A stretch of DNA of 64,000 bases from Cyanidioschyzon merolae (lineage: Eukaryota): the NCBI GenBank assembly GCA_000091205.1, contig AP006497.2; one strand, 5' to 3'. The notes below the pieces were generated by a model. It made no database searches. It had not been told where the DNA came from and saw only the letters and a list, made by a program, of their open reading frames with translations. Numbering within the stretch: the stretch's first letter is position 1; each line of letters starts with the position of its first letter. Made by a program: the position numbers and the translations under genes. Of this stretch, positions 9,943 through 20,245 are shown piece after piece.

Positions 9943-11946
9943 ATGCTTCTATTCCAGTCTACACTGGTTCGAGTTTATGTTGTCCGGAGCCCGCCTCGCA
10001 ACCGACAACTGTGTCTCCGCGCTGACTCGAGTCAAGGACGACACCTCCTGGGAGCACGACCTGCACAGCAGACGACGACGACGACAACAACCACTACAAC
10101 TACAACTGCTGCGGCGTCGAGACCGATAACCAAGCTAACAGTATTGCGAGTACAGCAGCGTTTCTGGGAGCGCCATGGAAGCGCTCCAGCGCTGGCTTGT
10201 TCGCAGAGCCCGTTGCAGCCGCACCTGGGCGTCGGTGCAGAGGCTTGCACCCGGCAACGAATCTCAGACCTCAAGCCGAGCGTCGGTGAGCGCCTCCATT
10301 CAGCCTATTATACACGATTGCGGCAAGCTGTGGCGGTAGTTAGAAACTGGGTTTGTGTTGCAAGCGCGCTTCTCTTTGTCTACCTGAGTACCAGCGACCA
10401 GGTGGCCCTGGCGGCTGCCTCACTCGCCAATGGCATGCCTCAAGACCGTCTGGCTCTGGCAACGAGTACGCCCGTTCCAGATCGCTACCGAATTCTTTGG
10501 GAGCAGGCACTGGACATCATCACGAACCTTCACTACCAACCCGGTCAACATATCCATGCAGCCTCGTTAACCATGCCTTCGCACTTGCCGCCTACGCGTG
10601 CGTCCACGATCCCATGGGGATGCTCTCTGGGAACACGTGCCTCGACCTACGATGCCATTCGGATCCGACTCAGTGAATTGAATGATCCCTACTCACGTTT
10701 CCTGGAGCCGGATGAATTTGAGGCGGAACTGAATCCTTACCGGCGAGCTCGGAAGCTCAGCGGGGTCGGCATCATACCGGAGCGCAGTCCAAAAGGCCAC
10801 GGCACGCTGCGCGTTATAGCCGTTATTCCCGAGTCACCGGCTGAGGAGGCCGGAATCAACCCCGGCGATGAACTCGTTATGATTGACGATATTGTCGTCG
10901 AGCCTTCACCTTTGAACCCGATTCCTGTGACCCCCGATGAAGCGTTGGCGTTGCTGCGCGGCCCAGCGGGTACGCGGGTTCGTCTCACTGTGCGACAAAC
11001 GACAAACTCGTTGTCGTACGCTGATGCATCGCTGCAAGTAGCGTCAGCGTCCACAGCGCCGACCTCTATGATGCGTACATATACATTAACGCGGAGACCG
11101 CTTCTGGTAGCTCCGGCTGTCTACGGCCTTGTCGCCGCGGAGCCCACTTTCGGTTACATTCGCCTCCATACCTTCAACGCCGAAGCGACACGTATCGTCT
11201 TCGAGGCTCTGAACGCATTCAAGAATTCTAGCGATCGTTCGGCAGCGGCTGGTGTTATCCTAGACCTGCGCAACTGCCGAGGTGGCGTCTTCCAGGAAGC
11301 ACTGGTGATTGCTTCGATGTTCATCGCAAACCCCGATGCCGTACTCGTCTACACCGTCGACAGTCGGGGTATCGAGCGCGCACACCGGGTGCGTGACCAG
11401 TGGAACGGTTGGCCTGAAGCTCCTGCTGCCGCTGCTCGTACTCCTCGTACTCCTCCTGAGACGCTCGGGAGCGCGGCGTCGGCCCGGCATCCGCTGTACA
11501 ATGGCCCACTGGTGGTGCTCGTCAATGGTGCCTCAGCTTCCAGTAGCGAAGTGCTTGCGATAGCCTTGCGCGATCACGGACGAGCAGTGCTGTTGGGCAT
11601 GCCAACTTTTGGGAAAGCCCGCATCCAACACTACTTCCCGCTTTTGGACGGCTCGGCGATCGCGCTCACTGTCGGGGAGTTTCTCGGCCCGCAGCACGAA
11701 CGCCTCGCGGACCACGTCGGCTTAGTGCCGCAGGTCTCCTGCAACGCTGCACCCCGGAACTTTGCGCTCCTAGAGAGACACACGCCACCAGATGCCTGCA
11801 TCGCAGAGGCAGCTCAGCTGCTAAGCGAAGAACCCACGGGGTCATCGGCTACAGAGCCGGTGCCGGTCGGTGGCTCCGTGCGGTCTGCGTTCACATCCCG
11901 AAGCAGGTCCACTGAAACGACACTGTTGCCTCGGATCCAAACCTGA
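9943..11946 (+). CDS. C-terminal processing peptidase (S41 family, CtpA/tail-specific protease-like) with PDZ domain
   Basis: DPYSRFLEPDEFEA motif, PDZ (GVGIIPERSPKGHGTLRVIAVIPESPAEEAGINPGDELVMIDDIVV) and S41 catalytic region (VILDLRNCRGGVFQEALVIASMFI ... GMPTFGKARIQHYF). Track start 9748 is GTG inside the tandem repeat. The first in-frame ATG is 9943 (MLLFQ...); the next is ~10432, after a hydrophobic segment (WVCVASALLFVYLSTS), so the start is uncertain. ACN-repeat encodes T12. Confidence 0.8.
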   Translation: MLLFQSTLVRVYVVRSPPRNRQLCLRADSSQGRHLLGARPAQQTTTTTTTTTTTTAAASRPITKLTVLRVQQRFWERHGSAPALACSQSPLQPHLGVGAEACTRQRISDLKPSVGERLHSAYYTRLRQAVAVVRNWVCVASALLFVYLSTSDQVALAAASLANGMPQDRLALATSTPVPDRYRILWEQALDIITNLHYQPGQHIHAASLTMPSHLPPTRASTIPWGCSLGTRASTYDAIRIRLSELNDPYSRFLEPDEFEAELNPYRRARKLSGVGIIPERSPKGHGTLRVIAVIPESPAEEAGINPGDELVMIDDIVVEPSPLNPIPVTPDEALALLRGPAGTRVRLTVRQTTNSLSYADASLQVASASTAPTSMMRTYTLTRRPLLVAPAVYGLVAAEPTFGYIRLHTFNAEATRIVFEALNAFKNSSDRSAAAGVILDLRNCRGGVFQEALVIASMFIANPDAVLVYTVDSRGIERAHRVRDQWNGWPEAPAAAARTPRTPPETLGSAASARHPLYNGPLVVLVNGASASSSEVLAIALRDHGRAVLLGMPTFGKARIQHYFPLLDGSAIALTVGEFLGPQHERLADHVGLVPQVSCNAAPRNFALLERHTPPDACIAEAAQLLSEEPTGSSATEPVPVGGSVRSAFTSRSRSTETTLLPRIQT

Positions 11947-12116
11947 CCGAGTTGCGCACCCGTTCGGCAGTCTAGAGCATCCGACAGCACCAGGTTCGCG
12001 TAGTGATCAAAACCGCTGAGTTTTCCGCGCACGCACCTGTTCGCGTTCAGGTACACTTGGACGGAATGAAACAGCAACGCTTCGAGTTCCGCAGTATCGA
12101 CCTCGTCTTTTGCCAT
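11814..12116 (-). CDS. Sm-like protein (SmG/LSm7-like)
   Basis: 100-aa ORF with a genuine ATG (cat at 12114-12116). Sm1 motif VRGKLSGFDHYANLVLSDALD and Sm2 motif LGQVWIRGNSVVSVDLL; compare SmG ..GILRGFDPFMNLVIDE..IGMVVIRGNSI. The C-terminal 28 codons overlap the last ~44 codons of the convergent peptidase gene (11814-11946). Confidence 0.55.
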   Translation of the reverse strand: MAKDEVDTAELEALLFHSVQVYLNANRCVRGKLSGFDHYANLVLSDALDCRTGAQLGQVWIRGNSVVSVDLLRDVNADRTEPPTGTGSVADDPVGSSLSS

Positions 12117-13362
12117 AAACCAAGCTGATCAACAACCAACACGACGCTGGTCAAATGCTTGGACGCACGCGGGTTTCCCACAGCCTGCCAAGACGCCGTC
12201 GCAGGGTACCGGCAAACGCACTTGTGTGTATGTTGCTGAGTTGCGCGACGTTTCTGTGCATATCCGAAGCAGGAGCAGCAGTAGTTCCAGCCCAGGAAGC
12301 CTTTCGTTTCGACCTTTCAGGAACGTGTAGTGCGCACGTCGTTTTGACGAAAAGTCACCTTCCCTGCGATAACCGACGACTCAACCTGGACTGCAGGGTA
12401 AAGTCGTTGCAGCGCGTTCGGGTGTACGCGCGAGCTCCACGAGTCGCCAGTGAGTGCCTCGGCATACCTCGACCTCGACGGTGTTCGTTGAACCCAGAAC
12501 ACGAATTCGGGAGCTTGGTTGCCTCAAGGCGAAAGCGAGCGACAGGCACTTCTCGGAGTCTGTGGGTGTTTCTGGTGCCTATCCCAGTCTGTGGCCGGAG
12601 TGTGTCCGTTCGTCCAGTTCAAGCGGAGGTGTACCGAGTGTCTTGAGCAGCGTGCGGACGTCTGGGTGTCACGGTGGCTCTCTGTGGTGCGTCCTGCCTT
12701 CACGGGCGTGATTCAGACTGCACCCGCGAGCATGCGCTACTCACTCGTGCTGCAAACGCCCGCCACCTGCGCAGTGTTGCAGGCGAGAGACAGCGGAACC
12801 TACCGCTATGCGACTTGGCGTTAGGTGCGTAGGTATATGCGTTTATGCGACGGAAGCAACGTTGTTGTCGAGTACCTGCCCGCGGGTTATCTGGGACCGT
12901 GTTGAGATTCACGTTTACGCATTCTCTATATATGCTGCCTTTAGATGAAGCTGCCGCCTAGCCTAGCCAAGCGCATCTCTTCCTAGGCACCAGAACCCGC
13001 TCTGGTCCAAGATATGCACGCGTATCCATTCCCGGCTTTTTGGTGACGCTCAGGGAGTATTCCTTGTCCGGCTGGGTATGCCACTACTTGATCAGCGCTT
13101 TCAAAAGCAGATGCCAGCCCCGCGCACCAGCGCGTCCAGCGTTTACATTACAGGCTTGCACACCGCCGCTACCCGCTGGTATCATACGCCGGTTTGTCTT
13201 CATCGTGAAGCTCTTCGTTCCACGACTTGCTCTACCAGAGTCTCCGATGCCGCGGTAGCATGTCTGGGAATGCTCTACCTCCGGCAAACGCACACACACT
13301 CACTCCTTCACAACAACAACAACAACAACCAATGGGAATCGAACAAGGCACAGATGCACGCC

Positions 13363-16300
13363 TCAGGTGCCGCTTTCAAGTGCATCCAATCCACGAACGA
13401 CGTGAACGGACATGTGGACTTTGGTGACGCACGAGTTCGCCAACAGGTGCACTGCTCGCCAAACAACATCCGGCTCGATGTCGCCCAGGTGTTGTACTGG
13501 TCGCCGCAACGCCAGCGCATGCGTATGAGAGAGCAGCAGCGACGGGTGCTGCTGCAGCTCCGAACGGATCCTCTGCAGCGCCATGAGTCGACAAGTGTGG
13601 CACGAATGATCGCCCTGGTCAGCAACGTGTCCATCTTGGGGCGTCTGCTGCTCAGGCGAGGCATCGACGGTATCGCGATCCGCATAGAGTTGGAAGTAGC
13701 CGCGGTAGAGGTGTGCATCCAGGGCCGTGCGAAATGCCTCATCCTCAATGGCTTCCGCGACGCTCAACAGACCCACTACGGCTGCGGGTTGAGAGCCGGT
13801 GATCAGATTCGGCTCTCGATAGTACTTGTGGCGATTGGCAATCACATTTTCGTTGAAAACGGGCGCCCGTGAAATAGCTGTCGCTGTGAAATGCGAAAAC
13901 TCAGCGATGCCGTAGAAGAACAGGGGGTTCGTCGTTCCCGTCTGCAGGTACAGATCATTGAGTACACGTGACCACGGCAGGCCTGCTGGTATTTTCTTGG
14001 AGCCAGCATTGGTACCCTGAACCCCGGTAGGCAATTGCACGCCGGGCGCCTCGTATGATACGTAAAAGTCGGGTACAGCACCCTGGGGCATGCCCAGGAA
14101 CGCGACACTCGAGAGGTACCGTCCACGCACCGTGCGGTAGTACTCGGCTGGTGGCGCCTCAGGCGCTTCCGCTGGGCTTTGCTGCTGATTGCTGGTCCCG
14201 TCGGACGTCGCTGGAGACGTTGCTGCTGGCAGTTCACCGGTCAGCGTACAATACGCAGTCCCGTGAACGATGATGGCTTCACCCATGGTCTCCGGCGGAC
14301 GACCGTCCACGGTGCCCAGCTCAAAACCCGCAATATAGTCTTGGGAATCGATTGGAATCCGCGACAGCGCCTCTACGGACGGTATCTTACCCTCGATGAG
14401 GTTCCGCACGGAGCCCAGCGCTCGTGCTCGGCTGCCTGGCGGTTGTGGTGCATGTGGATGCAGGTTGTAGACCTTGACCGGGCTCTGGTTGGAATCCGGA
14501 CTGGACTCCAGCGGCTCTACCAGGAGTTTCTGGGAGGCGATGCAACCGAAAAAGTCGCCACTGCGCAGTAGCTGCAAAAGATATTCGCGATCCTCAGTTG
14601 ACAACGCGGCGCTCGCGGCAACATCCTCCGTTTCGCCCGCGGATTCAGCGTCCATCCGCTGACGCTGTCGATGCACCATGATAAAGCTGTCGAAAACCTG
14701 GCGGGCAATCCGCATCTCTTCGGGTGAGATGAGTCCGTCGTTGTCCAGGTCAAAGATACTCAACAGCTCCATGTCGCTAGCAGTGAGCGCCTCGGTAGGC
14801 AGGTATTCGGCAATCAGACGCAATACTGGTACCCGGTTGCTTTCCACGGTGGCGTACTCGGCCTTGAGCTCAGGGCTCTCGACCAGATCGATGAGGAACG
14901 AGTGCCGGGCATCGCCTCGTTGCTGTGCAGCAAGAGCGGACTCCAACGCCGCCGGTGCTTCCGCTGGTCGCTGGACGCGGGCGAAGCCCATACGGTACGC
15001 CTGGGCGAGTCGCTGCAAGTCTGGAAGGATGATTTCGTCGCCAGCGACGCCAGTATTCCCAAAGCGTACCCGTCCCATAACGCCGTTGCGGAGGACAATC
15101 ACGACAAGGTTATCGAGGCCCTGCTGCAGGGCAGTTCCAAGTTCCTGTTCAGCCATTTCGAAACCGCCATCGCCAGTGATGAGGTAGACGACACCCTCGC
15201 TTTTGCGTCTCTTCAGCGAGACGCCCATCGAAACGGCAGCCGGAACCGCGTACCCCATACTGCCCATGTTGATGCTGGAAAGCAGACGCGTTCCCTGCCC
15301 ATCGAAACAGAGGCAGAGACCTGCCCAGATGGTAACATCTCCGATATCCACAACCACAACATCGTCTGGACCAAGTTTCGCGGACAAGGCGGTGAGCAGG
15401 TGGCGCGGATGACAGAAGCCGCGTACCTCATCATCGCCCTCGTCAGCGGTATCGTCTGTGTCCAGCATGGAGCGCCTGCCAGTGACCATAGCGTGTGGCG
15501 TTTTGCTCAAAACTGCAGCACGACGCGGCGATGAAGGCAATGAAGCTTGACGCTCACGCCATTCACCGTCTAAAAAGTACTTCCAGAGCCGGCTCGAGTA
15601 GTCCCGGGCCTGTTGAGGGCCCGGCGGCAGCATGCGCTTTGATTGCATCTCCCGCACGCTCGCTGTTAGTGCGCTCAGCAGGGCCTCCAATTCAGGATCG
15701 ATAAGCATACACTCCACATGGTAGTAGACCTGGAGGCGCGTAGCCAGTGTATCGTCTACACCGAATACTCGGACCTGCTGTTGACCAGTAGAATCGAGCA
15801 CGACTGGATCGCAACGATCGACGCCTATCGCCAGAATACACTCGGCAGTGCTGACGAGGGCCCGCGGCGCTGCCATGCCGGGGTTCCCAAAGATCCCGTC
15901 AACACCGAGTACCAGCGGGTGATGCTCATCGACGGCACCCTTGGCGTCCAGTGTGGTAATCACCGGCGCACAGAGCGTTTCTGCGAGTTTCAAAATCGTA
16001 CTCGAGCAACGAGCCTGTGCTGCACGCAACCCGCACAGAATGACGACGCGATGTCCCAGCAGAAGGCGTCCAGCGTGCTCCACGGAAACGGCAGCGCAGC
16101 GCGGTACCTCGGCAATATGAAAGGGAAGGCGAGCCAGGGCGCTCTCGTCTGAGGGCGACGTCTGCACATCTACTGGTATCGCCAGATGTGCTGCTGTGCT
16201 TCGCTCCAGGGCGAAGCGGATAGCCGAGTCCAGCAGAGAAAGGAAGCGATCGGCAGTCATGGGGGCCTTGGCAAACTGGACGCCTGCTCCGTGCATCAGT

Positions 16301-16674
16301 TGTGCTGTTCGGGTGTCCTGGAAGCCCTCGTGTCCGATGTTACTCCGCGACACGAGGCCGCTGAGTAGGAGCACCGGCACAGAGTCCGCAAGCGCATCCA
16401 CCATGCCGCACACGGTGTAGGCGGCACCCGGACCCGAGGTGGTAACGCACACACCCAGCTTCCGATAATACTTGGCGTATGCAGATGCGGCAAACGGTGC
16501 GGCAGTTTCGTTTCGAACGAGAACCCAGTGCAGACGTGGATGCTGCACAATCGCTGTGATAAGAGGACTCGCAGCTGCTCCGTGTCCACCGAACACGAGC
16601 TCCACGTTTGCCGCCGCAAGCCGGTCTGCAATCAGGTTCGCAATGGTGTACGTGCTACCACGACTCGCTGGCAT
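13363..16674 (-). CDS. thiamine-diphosphate-dependent enzyme (acetolactate synthase / 2-hydroxyacyl-CoA lyase superfamily) fused to an EF-hand and a ~400-aa C-terminal domain of unknown function
   Basis: N-terminal Pyr domain (GVCVTTSGPGAAYTVCGMVDALADSVPVLLLSG...GFQD) and C-terminal TPP-binding GDG...N motif (VYLITGDGGFEMAEQELGTALQQGLDNLVVIVLRNGVMG). A canonical EF-hand loop (DLDNDGLISPEEM) follows ~60 aa later, then ~400 aa with no recognisable domain, all in one uninterrupted 1103-codon frame. Track start 16695 is TTG; the first ATG gives MPASRGSTYTIANL at 16674. Confidence 0.8.
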   Translation of the reverse strand: MPASRGSTYTIANLIADRLAAANVELVFGGHGAAASPLITAIVQHPRLHWVLVRNETAAPFAASAYAKYYRKLGVCVTTSGPGAAYTVCGMVDALADSVPVLLLSGLVSRSNIGHEGFQDTRTAQLMHGAGVQFAKAPMTADRFLSLLDSAIRFALERSTAAHLAIPVDVQTSPSDESALARLPFHIAEVPRCAAVSVEHAGRLLLGHRVVILCGLRAAQARCSSTILKLAETLCAPVITTLDAKGAVDEHHPLVLGVDGIFGNPGMAAPRALVSTAECILAIGVDRCDPVVLDSTGQQQVRVFGVDDTLATRLQVYYHVECMLIDPELEALLSALTASVREMQSKRMLPPGPQQARDYSSRLWKYFLDGEWRERQASLPSSPRRAAVLSKTPHAMVTGRRSMLDTDDTADEGDDEVRGFCHPRHLLTALSAKLGPDDVVVVDIGDVTIWAGLCLCFDGQGTRLLSSINMGSMGYAVPAAVSMGVSLKRRKSEGVVYLITGDGGFEMAEQELGTALQQGLDNLVVIVLRNGVMGRVRFGNTGVAGDEIILPDLQRLAQAYRMGFARVQRPAEAPAALESALAAQQRGDARHSFLIDLVESPELKAEYATVESNRVPVLRLIAEYLPTEALTASDMELLSIFDLDNDGLISPEEMRIARQVFDSFIMVHRQRQRMDAESAGETEDVAASAALSTEDREYLLQLLRSGDFFGCIASQKLLVEPLESSPDSNQSPVKVYNLHPHAPQPPGSRARALGSVRNLIEGKIPSVEALSRIPIDSQDYIAGFELGTVDGRPPETMGEAIIVHGTAYCTLTGELPAATSPATSDGTSNQQQSPAEAPEAPPAEYYRTVRGRYLSSVAFLGMPQGAVPDFYVSYEAPGVQLPTGVQGTNAGSKKIPAGLPWSRVLNDLYLQTGTTNPLFFYGIAEFSHFTATAISRAPVFNENVIANRHKYYREPNLITGSQPAAVVGLLSVAEAIEDEAFRTALDAHLYRGYFQLYADRDTVDASPEQQTPQDGHVADQGDHSCHTCRLMALQRIRSELQQHPSLLLSHTHALALRRPVQHLGDIEPDVVWRAVHLLANSCVTKVHMSVHVVRGLDALESGT

Positions 16675-17861
16675 CTTGGAGGTGGTACTATTCAATGCTT
16701 CAGCACGCGCCCAGTCAAGTTCTTGGTGCTGGTCGAGCGTCTGTCTCTGGAGTTACCGCTTGTGTGAGGCGTTACGGGTAGCCTGCGGTGGCAACTTGAT
16801 CGAACCGTGCGCTCTCTGAGCAAAGCCTCCACTGGATACCTTCGGGCAACGCGAGCTGAGCGAAATGCAGCCACAAACTATCGTCTACGAACTTTGAAGC
16901 GACTCTGAGATAGGACCTAGCGACGCAGTTCACCCTGAAAAGTCGATGTTCGGTTGCGAGCAGGCAGAGCAGCTTGTTCAGTCTGATACGTCAGCAACTG
17001 CCTCTCTGGAATACACCTTTTATTGGCAGCGCTCCCTGATTATAAACACTGTTTGCAATCACCTCTCCAGATTTATGGGATGCACTCGTCACACTGGTTC
17101 TGTGGAGTCGCGTTCAGGCCGGTGCGCCAACAAGTGCCTCCCTGGACCAAACCGGTTATTGAGGGTGCTCGCCGATGAAACACACCGTTCGCAGTCGCTT
17201 TTCCAGATCTATAAGATGCACTTGTCAAACCTGTTCCCTCGAGTCGCGTTTCGCGCTGTGGCACTCCCTCGAGGAGGCAAGTGGTTGCGTAGGACACGAG
17301 GCCGCCTGCCGGTCGTTGCAACGTCTGGTACCCCGAGCGCGATACGATGCGTCTCGCGTGGCTCTGGAGCCGTGTGGAGCACCCGCCACCCAGCGACTGT
17401 GAGGCCGAAAGCCCAGCGATGCAGATCATCAGGAGTGCCGCTCAACCGGGATCATCGAACTTCATCTGATTCCGCTTCAGCTCAGTTAACTCCAATGAAT
17501 TCCAGTTTATCTCTTCTGACCTCATTCCATCTCAAATGATCCCACTCGTTGGGATAGCAAGGACGCTTGGTAATTTTGCAGGGTACGCATCAGGAATATA
17601 AGAGCTATCATGAATACTCATCACGAGAGGCACTTGGCGCTGGGAGAGTCCCACGAACGAATGAAAGGATCACCGGAGGCAAGTATAGGTCATGGCGAGT
17701 GGTCAGCAGAACGCTCGGGAGAGATCGTGAGGCGTCATCACGACTGCCTGCCCGGAAACCGATACGCGTCGTGCAGTTGGGAATCCCTGTTTGCTCTACG
17801 CGATGCAACGTCATGGTTATCCATCGAGGGTGGCGCTCGGGCTGGTCTACTGGAGCGCGTG

Positions 17862-17884
17862 CACGCACGCACACACACACACAC
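17862..17884. repeat. (CA)n microsatellite
   Basis: gcacgcacacacacacacacac in the divergent intergenic region. Confidence 0.9.
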
Positions 17885-18206
17885 TTCGCAGTTTACCGCC
17901 TGATGATCATCGCCCAGGTACACCGTCAACCATCTACGTAGCGTGCACTTGCATCCGATTTCTTTCGTTTCCATACCCCATGACGCCTTTTCGAATGCAT
18001 TCTGCATCGACAACGACGAGCACACGAGTGACTGCAGCTGACGTTTCTCGCTTCCTATAACCCGAAACGCTCGGCAACGACGCATCTCTCGAGAGCATCG
18101 CCCGCAGCCTCGGAGCATCGCAGAGGACCTGATTGCATGCAACGATGCTAGTCCATAAACCGATGGAAAAGAATTGACCCTGTGTATGGGAGCATCTGCA
18201 GCTTGC

Positions 18207-18437
18207 AGCTCATATCCATCACAAGCATCTGTACGAACACCACCGGGTTGACTGCCACACGAAGCTCTCGGGGGTGCGCGGGCAGCTCATATCCATCACA
18301 AGCATCTGTACGAACACCACCGGGTTGACTGCCACACGAAGCTCTCGGGGGTGCGCGGGCAGCTCATATCCATCACAAGCATCTGTACGAACACCACCGG
18401 GTTGACTGCCACACGAAGCGCTCGGGGGTGCGCGGGC
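18207..18437. repeat. minisatellite: 77-bp unit x3, ~200 bp upstream of ALDH start
   Basis: Unit agctcatatccatcacaagcatctgtacgaacaccaccgggttgactgccacacgaagctctcgggggtgcgcgggc at 18207, 18284 and 18361. Confidence 0.95.
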
Positions 18438-18640
18438 GCTCGCGCTTTGCGTCCCGATCCGGCTGTGTGAAGCGAGGCGCTCGCGGGCGATACGCACGAC
18501 TGCCGAGTGTATCTCGACGGCTCGGGTGAGCGCGTGGAGCACTGTCGACCGCAGGTGACCATCGGGTGCAGCTTAGACCTGGTCAAAGTGTACGACGCAT
18601 ATACTCCATTACGCGTAGCGGTTGACGCTGACGGAATAAG

Positions 18641-20245
18641 ATGCTGACGTCAGCAGCTGACGACTTGTCGTCGGGATATCGGGAGGTAAGGGCGGAGCTG
18701 GGCGAAGCCTTTCGGAGTGGGGCAACACGCTCGCTTCGTTGGCGTGCAGCGCAGCTGGAAGCCCTGAAGCAGGCGCTAGTGGAACAGGAGCGCGCAATCA
18801 TCGCGGCATTAGCTGATGATCTCGGGAAGAGTGCTGAAGAGAGTCAGCTTACCGAGCTACAACCCGCACTCCAGGAACTAGCGTTGGCGCTGGGGAACCT
18901 GAAGCTCTGGGCTGGGCCCCGCACGGTAGAACCCTGCTTAGCACCCAAGTATCTGGCGCCGTGGTTCTGGTTGCAACGTGTTTGGCGCGCGGTGCTTCCT
19001 CGAGTACTGGGCGGTGGCAACCCGCCGGTGGCAAGTTACGGCGGCGTAGCACTGGCGACGATACTGGAGCGTCGCTGGGTCGTTCCTGAACCACTGGGCG
19101 TGGTGCTGATCATCACAGCCTGGAACTATCCTCTACTGCTTGCGATTTGGCATATGACAAGTGCTATCGCCGCTGGGAACTGTGTCGTCTTGAAACCAAG
19201 TGAACGTGCTCCTGCAACAGCAAAACTGCTGGCAGAGCTGGTGCGCACCTATCTCGATGCTCGCTGCATCCGAGTCGTGCTGGGCGATGCCAGCACTGTT
19301 CGGCGTCTGCTTCATCTGGATACCGAGTGTCCGGCGGATGTTGCGTTCCGCGTTTGGGCACAGCAGCGCCCTTTTGATGCGGTGCATTTCACGGGCGGCT
19401 GGAGGATTGGGCGTGAAATCGCACGCGCTTGTGCGGCCTACCTGATACCGTGCACGCTCGAACTGGGCGGTAAGAATCCGCTTGTGGTGGACTGTGCATC
19501 GCTGTCCGAGCGAGACTTGGCTCGGGTTGCCCGAACGACCGCATGGGCCAAGTTACTGAACGTGGGTCAGACGTGCATCGCCCCGGATTATGTGGTTCTA
19601 TGCGGTGCAGACCGGGCACAGGAGGCGTTCTTCATAGAAGAGATGTGGAAATCGATTGAAGCATTCTACGGGAGGCCAGTGGAAAACAGCACGACCTTCC
19701 CACGGATCGTGAGCAAGGCACATACCGCCCGTCTGGCGGACCTGCTCCAACAAAGCCGTGGTGAGGTTGTGTTCGGTGGAACCCACCGAGAGAATGACTG
19801 CTTTTTCACGCCGACCATTGTGCGCAATGTGACTCTGGATGATGCGCTGATGGCGGAGGAGATTTTCGGGCCGATACTGGTTGTTCTGCAGCCGTGTGCT
19901 GGTACCGAACAAGCGCTCGAGGTGATCGGGAGTCTACCATCTCCGCTGGTAGTCTATCTAATGTCTCGTGACGCTGCTGTGGTGCAGCGTTTTGAACGGG
20001 CATCCACCTCTGGATCGCTTGTCGTGAATGATCTGCTGGGTCAGGTAATCTCGCCGGGTCTTCCGTTTGGCGGGGTCGGCGCTTCTGGATACGGCAAGTC
20101 CAAAGGTCAAGCGGGGTTCGATGCGTTCTCGAACCTCAAGAGTGTCCTCTGCAAACCGATATGGATAGAGCGAATAGCGAGTGATCGCTACCATCCACTA
20201 ACCGCTACCAAGATCAGTCGTTTTCGTCGCTTAATCGCGCTCTGA
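18641..20245 (+). CDS. aldehyde dehydrogenase, ALDH3 family (fatty-aldehyde-dehydrogenase-like)
   Basis: ATG start. ALDH3-type motifs: LIITAWNYPLLLAIWHMTSAIAAGNCVVLKPSE, TLELGGKNP, catalytic Cys in LLNVGQTCIAPDYVVL (compare ALDH3A1 MNSGQTCVAPDYIL), EIFGPILVV. 534 aa. Confidence 0.9.
   Translation: MLTSAADDLSSGYREVRAELGEAFRSGATRSLRWRAAQLEALKQALVEQERAIIAALADDLGKSAEESQLTELQPALQELALALGNLKLWAGPRTVEPCLAPKYLAPWFWLQRVWRAVLPRVLGGGNPPVASYGGVALATILERRWVVPEPLGVVLIITAWNYPLLLAIWHMTSAIAAGNCVVLKPSERAPATAKLLAELVRTYLDARCIRVVLGDASTVRRLLHLDTECPADVAFRVWAQQRPFDAVHFTGGWRIGREIARACAAYLIPCTLELGGKNPLVVDCASLSERDLARVARTTAWAKLLNVGQTCIAPDYVVLCGADRAQEAFFIEEMWKSIEAFYGRPVENSTTFPRIVSKAHTARLADLLQQSRGEVVFGGTHRENDCFFTPTIVRNVTLDDALMAEEIFGPILVVLQPCAGTEQALEVIGSLPSPLVVYLMSRDAAVVQRFERASTSGSLVVNDLLGQVISPGLPFGGVGASGYGKSKGQAGFDAFSNLKSVLCKPIWIERIASDRYHPLTATKISRFRRLIAL

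Noticed and set aside
12224-12646. Possible small secreted Cys-rich protein (signal-peptide-like MLLSCATFLCISEAGAAV, 7 Cys) within track ORF 12155..12646
   Set aside because: Third-codon positions are not GC-biased as in the confident genes here. It has no RxLR/other effector motif and no supporting similarity. Kept as unlikely.
13078-13872. 264-aa ORF on the + strand
   Set aside because: Lies antisense to the 3' part of the TPP-fusion gene. GC-rich coding DNA routinely yields long antisense ORFs, and it has no similarity.
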